Shown piece by piece: positions 1 to 8,121 of a DNA stretch of 26,953 nucleotides. Position numbers and translations under genes: made by a program. Under the pieces are notes generated by a model that did not search any database, was not told the DNA's origin, and worked only from the letters and a program-made list of their open reading frames with translations. The DNA comes from an uncultured Verrucomicrobiales bacterium (GTDB taxonomy: Bacteria > Verrucomicrobiota > Verrucomicrobiia > Verrucomicrobiales > DEV007). Position 1 is the stretch's first letter. Each line of letters begins with the position of its first letter. The stretch spans positions 1 through 26,953 of the forward strand of contig CALKOM010000211.1 in NCBI GenBank assembly GCA_938091905.1, given 5' to 3'.

Positions 1-59
1 GCGAATCCCGCTGCGCCAGCAGCGAGGTTCATGCGGAGAAATTCACGTCGAGAAAACAT
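1..59 (-). CDS. 5' end of a Tat-exported protein, probably DUF1501 family (runs off the window)
   Basis: ATG at 59-57 gives MFSRREFLRMNLAAGAAGF, a twin-arginine motif (SRREFL). It starts 2 nt after the DUF1800 stop, and DUF1800-DUF1501 is a conserved gene pair. Confidence 0.7.
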   Translation of the reverse strand, partial: MFSRREFLRMNLAAGAAGF

Positions 60-61
60 GG

Positions 62-2851
62 TTATTGGAATTGGAATTCTTGAGTAGAAAGGATGATGCC
101 GACCATCTGCTCTAAACGTCGCTGTTTGGCCCTTCCTTTCAAAGCTTCGACCGGATCCATGTAGCCAGCATCGTCAGAATTAACGAAATCGAGAAAGACT
201 GCCTTGCGCCTCTCTGTCAGTTGCTCCTGAAAGAGCGCTTGATCGAAATACTCGATGATGTCTTCTGGTGTGCTTAGATCCTGCCCCTTCATGAGGTCTT
301 GCAATGACCATTCGCCAGCAGCGAAGTCGCCATTCATAGCGAGATCCTGACAAAAGCGTAGTCGCTCTAGCAAATTGTGGGTATCCATCCACTCATACCC
401 TAGTTCAGGATAGCCGTCCGGATCATCCCTCTGAAAGAGTTCCATTCCCATGTCACTCATCCGTTCGGTCAACCCCTTGCCTGAAATCTGCGCACCAAGC
501 GCGCGGTGCGTGCTATTGATAAACTCAATCGGCGTCTTGATCTTTGCCATTTGATAGTGCGCATTCCAGAATGGCCCCTGCTGGTTCACGGGATCGAGGA
601 TCGCATGAAGAACAGAACGAATGTGCCCTGGCCGTGGCGTCGCATTCCACGCGGCGATCGCTTCTTTCATCAAAGCCATGAGGTCAGGTGGTGCCGTACC
701 TGCGTGTTAGGTCTCTAACGTCATTTCATCCGACACGAGTTTGTTAATCAGTTTGACAATGATGAACTCACTCGTCGACGGGTGGGTAACCGTAGCACCA
801 ATCACATCGAGCGCATCCTGAATCCCAGCCTTTCCTTCACGCCCAGCAGGCAATCGGAGTTCGTGTTCAGTCCCTTTAAAGAGCACCTTCTCCTCCGTGT
901 CGTGCTGGTCTGGGTGAAAGCGGAAGGTCCTCGTGCCCAACGGATGCGTGAGAGGGATGCTTCCAGGCTTATAATTTCGGGCGACGACGCGAGGGCGGAT
1001 AGAAAAATCCGTACTATTGCGAGAGCCGTTGTGCCCCTGAATGGCGAGCGTATTCAGTGCAGGAGGCGGATTGATGATGGAACTCCAGCGTCGTAAATCA
1101 ATGGCATCTACTCCTTCATCGATTTCATGATTGTTTGGCACTACGTAGTTAAACTTCGGAGGACTGCCAGCCCTTTCCATGTTCGCGCTTCGCCCGATCT
1201 CGTGGCCATTAAGATAGGCCACATAGCCATCGTCGTAGGTCATTTCCAAGACCACGTCTTCATAGTTGTCAGGCAGATCGAGGGGTATTTTCTTCCTAAG
1301 ATACAGAGAAACGTAGCGTCCCTTCATATCGGATAGGACCGTCGCATCATCGTCATCCGCATACCCAAACCCTGTCGCTCCTGACGACCAGCGGGCATCA
1401 TTGAACCCTGGCTTCGTCCACGCGATCCCCTCACTTGGCTCCCGTTTCCCTTTAAAACACTTCCAGCCCGGCCCAAGATCTAACAAAGACGTTTCTTTAG
1501 CAATAGCCAAACTCGGCTCCGTCGATGGGTTTCGGGCGGACTCGGGGAAGCCAGGCTTGTCCTCAGGGTTCATCTTCCGAATGTTCCACCCGGTAAAACA
1601 CCGCGCGAGTTCTTCGATGTCTGCTTGGGTGTATCGGTTATCCACCCCAAAGGTGTAGAGTTCAAGAATCTCTCTAGCATAGTTCTCGTTTGGCTCTCCC
1701 TTAAGATTGAGCACACTGTCCAAATAGATGAGCATAGACGGACTCGTCGCGCTGTAGAGGAGAAGGTCACCAAAGTGACCGAATGCATTCTCGTAGAAGA
1801 ATTCGTATTCCTGCAACTCGATGGCCGCCGCCTCAGAGGCAATCTGTTTTTCAACCCGATCCTCTCCTTCCGCCGCTTGCTTCTGCTCGTAGGCTGGCAG
1901 ATCATCAATATAGTCTTCCACTTTATCGAAGTCGGTGCAGAAGTGGTTCTCCCAGAACTCACCAAGCACAGCTTGCAGCTGCTTGGTGGAATACACACCA
2001 CGAAGGTGCATCAGTTCCTGAACTTTCTGCACGCCCTCCATGACCTTGGCTGGGGTATCCGGCGCGTAGACGAGCTCTGGTATTAATGTCAGATCCGAAC
2101 TACCTATCCGATGATTATGCACCTGAAACGCCAACACATTGCGGCCCTGTCTCAGAAGTGGCTTCGCCTCATTAACAGGGAACGTATCATGCTCACCCCT
2201 TTCTACGGTGCCGCTCGAAGACGACGCTGGACGATCATGCTTCGGCGGAAAGCCTCTAAGGTTCCTACGCAAGACCTCCTTGCCATTGAGATACCCCACG
2301 AAACCATCATCATAGGCGACCTTGAGAAAGAGATGGTCTATCTGTGAAAGATCTTCAATTTCGAACTCAGTCCGAACGTAGAGCGAAAGGTAACCAGCGT
2401 TCTCATCCGTCCCTCGCATGTCGTCGATAATCGTCTTGTCATCATCGTCGCCATAGCCAAAGCCAGACGGTCCTTTCGGCCACAATGAAGCGGCGTCGAA
2501 GTTCGGCCTATACCAATCACGCGGCGGCTCGACTCTTCCCTTAAAGTAATGCCAGGAATCCCCCGCTCGCACAAGGTATTTACTGCTCCCAGGAATAGTA
2601 TCCATGTAGAGATCAGCGACAGCTTTCTGGAGTCGCTGATTCCCAGTATCGCGAAGACGCTCGGGATGAAATTGCTCTTGAAGATAGGCGGTGACCCCCA
2701 TGTTGCGCACACGCTCCAAGTCTTCTGGGCTCGGCCCATAGGCCACGCGATTGAGCACGTGCCCGATTTTTTGTTCTTTTGTGAGGGGCTCCTCCCCCAG
2801 GAGGACCGTGCTCAAGAGTAGGCTGATTCCGAGAATATCCAAAGGTTTCAT
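62..2851 (-). pseudogene. DUF1800 family protein with two inserted beta-sandwich modules, interrupted by one in-frame TAA at 707-709
   Basis: ORFs 707..2917 and 62..679 are in the same frame (…MTLET*HAGTAPPDLMALMKEA…). DUF1800 motifs: HVLNRVAYGP, FWENHF, SPSMLIYLD, PNENYAREILELYTFGV, ELARCFTGW, KIKTPIEF, PDGYPE, LSTQEFQFQ. Likely start is ATG 2851 (MKPLDILGISLLL, signal-like). Could also be a single-base consensus error. Confidence 0.85.
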
Positions 2852-2920
2852 AGACAAAACGCAAGCCGAACGTGGCAACATAGAGTAGGTCCCATCCATG
2901 TGCCAACCAGATTCCACAAA

Positions 2921-3589
2921 CTAGGAACAGAGCCTCCAGGGCACCTCGATCAATCCGCCCTCCGCGAAAGCAACGACGCGATCTCCCTCGGCGGCACGAA
3001 TACGCTGAGTGCCGGTGAAGGTTCCAAATGCAGGCAAGGTCATGACGCGCCCCCCTATCAAGCAGCAGGCCAACTTGAGACAACGCTCCCGTTTGTCTGA
3101 AAGGTGAACGCCTGGATGGACATGCCCTGCTATGACATAACCGTCTGGACTTGGCTCGGGCTCGTGCTGAAAAACAAAGGGCCCACGCAGCAGGCGATCC
3201 CCACATTCATCGATCCGCAACGTCTCCACCAACTTCGGTGCGTGCCGATCATGATTGCCAATAGTTAGGCTAAGCTTGACCCCCGAATGTTGTTGACGCC
3301 ATTTTCCAAATGCTTCGATTACTGGCTTGGTTAGGCTATTGAGATTATGAATCAGATCTCCCAGGATGCAAAGTTCTCCTGCTTTGGTGTGGTCCAGAAT
3401 CGCTGAAAGCCTTCCAAGATCCGCCGCATCCGACCCTTCGGGTATAGGTATGCCAGACGCACGAAAGCTCGATGGCTTGCCCAAATGAATATCAGCAACG
3501 AACACACATGACTGGCACTTCCACCAAAGCGCTTTCTCCGCTAGCAAGACGACTCTCTCGTTTTGGCAGGTGAAGGCATGCTCATTCAT
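2921..3589 (-). CDS. pdeM: Ligase-associated DNA damage response endonuclease PdeM (calcineurin-like metallophosphoesterase)
   Basis: Motifs VADIHLGK, LGDLIH, GNHD, HEP, GHVHP and LPAFGTFTG; 222 aa. Confidence 0.85.
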   Translation of the reverse strand: MNEHAFTCQNERVVLLAEKALWWKCQSCVFVADIHLGKPSSFRASGIPIPEGSDAADLGRLSAILDHTKAGELCILGDLIHNLNSLTKPVIEAFGKWRQQHSGVKLSLTIGNHDRHAPKLVETLRIDECGDRLLRGPFVFQHEPEPSPDGYVIAGHVHPGVHLSDKRERCLKLACCLIGGRVMTLPAFGTFTGTQRIRAAEGDRVVAFAEGGLIEVPWRLCS

Positions 3590-3631
3590 CTTGCGACGTC
3601 TCTGCCGCGAGATGAGTCCATTGACAAGCCT

Positions 3632-4130
3632 TTAGACAAACAATCCTAGCGAGACGAAGTTGATCAGGTAGTCTCCCTTGGCCCCGCGGTAATCAGGAAG
3701 AATGGGATTCATCGATTCCGGCGTCTTGCCAAAGTGATTCATGAGGATCTGGCTAAAGACGGATCGGAAATCCGTTCGGTGCGCTATTTAGCGACCACGT
3801 TTACTGAAAAGGTCACCATCCTCCCACGTATTACTATCACAGTTATAGACTCCCCCTTTGACAACGCCATCCACGACGAACATGGCACTCGCCTCAGCAT
3901 GAGCCGCACAACCACTGCCGTTCTCCTTCAATGTGCGCCCAAACTCGGTCATCGTGACGATGACAAGATCCTGCCATTGACTCTGCAGATCCAGTTAGAG
4001 CATCTGGAATTCCTGTGCAAAGTTCGCCAACCGCCCTCTATGGCCGCCATTGGCTGCACCTTGATTACTAGGGGCGTCACAACCACCTAAATCGATCCTA
4101 AGGAATCGAGCCGGAGAGTTGTCCAGACAG
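3632..4130 (-). pseudogene. Decayed C-terminal half of a DUF1501 family gene (absent from the ORF track)
   Basis: Manual translation: …ARFLRIDLGGCDAPSNQG…FQML*LDLQSQWQDLVIVTMTEFGRTLKENGSGCAAHAEASAMFVVDGVVKGGVY…GR*IAHRTDFRSVFSQILMNHFG…LFV*. TEFGRT-ENGS and DFR are intact; GGxDTH and GTDH are degraded. Internal TAA at 3995-3997 and 3788-3790, terminal TAA at 3632-3634. May extend to about 4340. Confidence 0.85.
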
Positions 4131-4783
4131 AGCCCCCCCCTTTCGACCAAATCTCGTTCACTAGATCAATCGGCTGAGGACGTGCCCATAGCGCTGGGCT
4201 TTGGGAATGAAATTTCCTTTATTAACAGCAGCTGGAGACCCAAGAGGAACTGCTGAGAACTCACACAGAAGAGACCTTCTACGATCACAGACATAAGCAC
4301 CAAAAGCCGAGGGATCGAGAAGGATCTGAGACAACGAGACCATGCTTAAGATGAGGAAGAGAGGCTCTCCTCGGCACGTGTCCCCACATCCAGCTTTAGA
4401 TAATTACAATAAAAACCACACTAATCTATCTATTCAACTAAGCCCTTCAATGTTTCAAACAACTTCCACATACTCAAATCTGCAATTTCACACAGCCCTT
4501 GCACCTAAAAACCAGACATCTGTAACAATCTTGGCGAAATCACGTTGACCTTCGAAGGCACGAGTGTGTCACCGCGATTTTTGCTTATCGAAAATCTATT
4601 CACCACAGCCAATACACTCATGGTCTGCATGACTAGAAACTAAGACATTTGTTTTGAAAAACCATTATTATCGCTTACATTCTGAGAACAAATCGTATCT
4701 GGTTAGGGCCCCGTCCTTAAGCAGTTCCTGTGCCAACACCAAAAAAACGAATCTGTAAACACGGACCAAATAATTAGAAGGGA

Positions 4784-6304
4784 ATGGTTTATCACAAACT
4801 AGTGCCGCAAGAGGGGGACTCGGAAGAGCAATCCCCTCTATCACACTTCCTTGCGGGTTCTTCGATCACCCGGCGCCTCGGCCAACAATGGACTGACAAA
4901 GCGCTTCGTCACCGATTCGCGCTAGGTTCAGGCCCGAGCGGAGTGGGAAAGTCGATTCTCATGCATCAAGTCGTCGTGCCCGCCCTTCGCAATGAAGATG
5001 CAAATGCGCCGATCATCGCGTTCATGCCTAGCGACTCTCCTCTCGGCTTCTTCGACAGCCTTTGGAAGTCTCTCGGCAATAGTGAGCAACTTCCCGCCAA
5101 ATCCGAGGAAGCCTTGTCCAAGGCTCTCATTTCTTCGAGTCCTACGGGTCGATCAATTCTTGTCATTGATGGCTTGGACCAAATCTTCTCACAATCTGAG
5201 TCAGAAGCAGCACGGGCACTTGCCTTCCTTTGGGAGCTTGTGCAGCAGGGATCCGCCACCGTGATCGGCGCGTTGCGATGCCCCTTTCTGGGGCCCATCT
5301 GCCGGATTCTCTCAGACCATATCCCCGCCGATGACTTCTTGCTAAGGCTCACGCCTCCTGACGAGGAAGATCGAAATACTTTGGCAAGGGAAGGCGTCCA
5401 GCTGGCCTCCCCTCAACTTGAAACGACTGACCCAAGGGTCTTTAATCGCCTCATTCGTGAAATCACTCGAGAGCTGGATCAAGCACCTCAAGCACTAACT
5501 TTTTTATCTCCTTTGCTTGAACGTTGGAGGTCCCAGGTCGTGTCCGGAGATCTCTCCGTGATGAACTGGCTACGCAGCAATGGTCTTGCCGGTGAAATAG
5601 CAGTTCACATCGAAGAAAAGTTCTCAGCGCTGAAACCTCGCTTGCGTAAACAGCTAGAACCTCTACTTCGCCTCCTAGTCTCATGGTCAGACGAACTCAG
5701 CCCGGTCCCGTGCCATGTATCCTACGATACTATCCAGGCTCTCGGCCCCGACGCTACAGAACTCACCAATGTGTTGCTCTACGAACGAGTCCTCTACCTG
5801 TCAGGGGATGACACTCATGCCGCTCGGGTGAAATTCAGTCATCCGGGGGTTCTTCAGCAGTGGGCTCAGGCAAGAGAGATCTTAGACGAAAAACATAAAG
5901 AACTAAGCGCCATAAAGTTATTAAATGCCCAGGCTCTTCACTGGGATTCCCATGGCCGACGCCCTGAAGATCAGTGGCTTCAGAACGATGTCTTACTAAC
6001 GGCCCAAACCCTTCTTCAAAAAGAAGCAGGTAGCCTTCCCCGTTTCACTGCGGAATTCCTCAAGACTTTCGAAGAAACCGCATCTGAGAATAACGCTCCC
6101 ATGCGAAAGCTACGACAGATGGTGAAACCACTATCCATGCTCTTGATACTCTTCGCCATCATGCGAGGCCTGGTTGTCATCACTCACGCCAATCTAGGGG
6201 CAACAGGTGGCCCTGTCATGAAGGCAACTGCTAGTTCCATTAGTACCGGCTCAGGCTCTAGGGACAATGATGACGTAGACCCCGCGATTCTACAGAGCCA
6301 GTAA
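4784..6304 (+). CDS. Divergent nSTAND1-like P-loop NTPase with a C-terminal transmembrane segment
   Basis: Walker A GPSGVGKS and Walker B ILVIDGLDQIF. LRCPFL, LLRLL, HPGVLQQW and ALHWDSHGR resemble nSTAND1 motifs. Hydrophobic segment LSMLLILFAIMRGLVVI near the C-terminus. Confidence 0.7.
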   Translation: MVYHKLVPQEGDSEEQSPLSHFLAGSSITRRLGQQWTDKALRHRFALGSGPSGVGKSILMHQVVVPALRNEDANAPIIAFMPSDSPLGFFDSLWKSLGNSEQLPAKSEEALSKALISSSPTGRSILVIDGLDQIFSQSESEAARALAFLWELVQQGSATVIGALRCPFLGPICRILSDHIPADDFLLRLTPPDEEDRNTLAREGVQLASPQLETTDPRVFNRLIREITRELDQAPQALTFLSPLLERWRSQVVSGDLSVMNWLRSNGLAGEIAVHIEEKFSALKPRLRKQLEPLLRLLVSWSDELSPVPCHVSYDTIQALGPDATELTNVLLYERVLYLSGDDTHAARVKFSHPGVLQQWAQAREILDEKHKELSAIKLLNAQALHWDSHGRRPEDQWLQNDVLLTAQTLLQKEAGSLPRFTAEFLKTFEETASENNAPMRKLRQMVKPLSMLLILFAIMRGLVVITHANLGATGGPVMKATASSISTGSGSRDNDDVDPAILQSQ

Positions 6305-6338
6305 TGGCCTCTTTCTCGCACTAGTCCCGCCAAAGCCA

Positions 6339-6926
6339 CTAGTCACGAACCCAGCGATGTACGGTTGCCGTTGATCCGTAGAGACCGTGATTTCCGACCT
6401 CCTCAAAGCGATATGGTGCCTTCGAAAGGGCTATATTCACAGCTTGTGAAATCAATACTTCTCCTCGCCGCGCAAGATCTTCTCCCAGCTTGCTAGCCAC
6501 GTTGACAGCATCGCCAAAGAAGTCGGCATCGTCTAACAAGATCCGACCATGGGCTAGGCCCGCACAGACATGAATCTGCTCTGCCGTGTCCTTGCCAACA
6601 TTAGCCTCATCCATCACCGCGTATGCGCTCGCTAGAAAACTCATCCCCGAGTCAGGATCAGGAAACACCGCAAATAGATTGTCCGCTTCATATTTCACGA
6701 CTCGACCACCAGCCTGGACCACCAGCGGTGCCGTGGAACGTCGCATCTTCTCTATCAGTGTAAGGTAGTAGACGATACCATGCTCCCGAGATGTCCTCGT
6801 GAAACCAGCCATATCCAACACAAGAACCGTCCGCTCACAACCAAACTCGTCCCACAAGGACTTGGCTAGAATTGCGTCATCGGCCCGGCCGTCGTGAGCG
6901 GCCAGGCGCTCAAAAAGAAGAGACAT
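6339..6926 (-). CDS. Standalone class III adenylate/guanylate cyclase
   Basis: VLVLDMAGFT (metal Asp1), VVKYEADNLF (substrate Lys, metal Asp2), AGLAHG, DFFGDAVNVASKL. Confidence 0.88.
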   Translation of the reverse strand: MSLLFERLAAHDGRADDAILAKSLWDEFGCERTVLVLDMAGFTRTSREHGIVYYLTLIEKMRRSTAPLVVQAGGRVVKYEADNLFAVFPDPDSGMSFLASAYAVMDEANVGKDTAEQIHVCAGLAHGRILLDDADFFGDAVNVASKLGEDLARRGEVLISQAVNIALSKAPYRFEEVGNHGLYGSTATVHRWVRD

Positions 6927-6940
6927 TCGAAAACTTGGAG

Positions 6941-7972
6941 TTAATCACCATCTAACAAATTACCTATACCACCTAGAATCGATCCCTCACCTTGGGTAGA
7001 ACCTCCTACACGGCCAGGGGCATTCTTCATCACGCGATCCGCAAGGCGAGAGAACGGCAAACTCTGTAAATAAACCGTCCCGTGTCCCTGCAAAGTTGCC
7101 AGGAAAAGTCCTTCTCCACCAAAGAACATCGACTTCAAGTTACCTGCACGCTCGATATCATAAGATATGCCTGGAGAGAACCCCACTAAGCACCCCGTGT
7201 CGACTCTAAGCTTCTCCCCCTTGAGTTCCCGCTTCACGACGGTACCGCCCGCGTGCATAAAAGCCAATCCATCACCAGCCAAGCGTTGGAGGATAAATCC
7301 CTCACCACCGAAGAACCCAGCACCTAACTTTTTATTAAAGGCGATCGACACCTCTGTCCCAAAGGCTGCGCACAGAAAGGAATCCTTCTGGCACGTGATC
7401 TCTCCACCCACCTCAGAAAGATCGACTGGAATGATCCGACCTGGAAACGGTGCAGCAAAGGCCACACGGCGTTTGCCGGCACCACCTTGATGAGAGAAGT
7501 GCGTCATGAAGATCGACTCCCCGGTTAGCATCCGCTTGCCTGCGCCTAGCAATTTTCCCATAAGCCCCTCATCCGGCTTCGTTCCATCACCCATCTTGGA
7601 CTCAAACGCGATATCATCCTCCATGTAGTTCATCGCCCCGGCCTCACCAATCACGATTTCGCCTGGGTCCAACTCTACTTCCACGATCTGCATATCGTCC
7701 CCGAAGATTTCATAATCTACTTCGTGGCTCTGTTGTCCACCTCGCCCTGACAACGGTGCTGCTACTGGAATCGGCGGCGGAGCCGACGAAGAACTCGCGT
7801 CGCCACTAAAGAGCATTGGGAGTGCCCCATCCGCGGGTTGCCAGTTTGCCAAACCCGTGGTCCAAACCATGGTCGCCGGTGTAATAACGCCCCGACTCAC
7901 CAAATCTGGGAGCTGATCTTCGGTGACTTGATGTTGTTGCTTCGCCGCATCCGCGTAATGCCATGTCTTCAT
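6941..7972 (-). CDS. TIGR00266/AIM24 family protein with an N-terminal GYF_2 (DUF4339) domain
   Basis: N-terminal WHY…[17 protein letters not shown] (GYF_2), then a Pro-rich linker, then [23 protein letters not shown]…[13 protein letters not shown]…VDTGC…[10 protein letters not shown]. Start set at ATG 7972, which fits the promoter. Confidence 0.9.
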   Translation of the reverse strand: MKTWHYADAAKQQHQVTEDQLPDLVSRGVITPATMVWTTGLANWQPADGALPMLFSGDASSSSAPPPIPVAAPLSGRGGQQSHEVDYEIFGDDMQIVEVELDPGEIVIGEAGAMNYMEDDIAFESKMGDGTKPDEGLMGKLLGAGKRMLTGESIFMTHFSHQGGAGKRRVAFAAPFPGRIIPVDLSEVGGEITCQKDSFLCAAFGTEVSIAFNKKLGAGFFGGEGFILQRLAGDGLAFMHAGGTVVKRELKGEKLRVDTGCLVGFSPGISYDIERAGNLKSMFFGGEGLFLATLQGHGTVYLQSLPFSRLADRVMKNAPGRVGGSTQGEGSILGGIGNLLDGD

Positions 7973-7979
7973 GGAGGAG

Positions 7980-8008
7980 ATTATAGTAGTAAGCTGAGTA
8001 AGTTCCAA
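7980..8008 (-). promoter_or_regulatory. Sigma70-type promoter for the AIM24-cyclase operon, probably leaderless
   Basis: Minus strand reads TTGGAA-17 nt-TATAAT-7 nt-ATG(7972), with no Shine-Dalgarno in the 7 nt gap. Confidence 0.65.
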
Positions 8009-8121
8009 GTGTGAATCCTTAGGCTAGAGGAACTTGCCAAGATGGCGATTGCACCCTCACATCACTTTTGTAACGCCACGAACCTGGCTTGCACCAAGCC
8101 TGGCAGCGGCAATATTGAGGC

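Noticed and set aside
3734..4090. 118-aa plus-strand ORF
   Set aside because: Antisense shadow of the DUF1501 relic.
4133..4140. C8 homopolymer as a phase-variation switch
   Set aside because: It lies in already decayed sequence, not in an intact gene or recognisable promoter.
4784..6926. Pycsar/CBASS/Avs-type defence operon (STAND plus cyclase)
   Set aside because: The genes are convergent, not co-transcribed. There is no cNMP-binding, TIR or nuclease effector, and the cyclase has ATP-type specificity residues.
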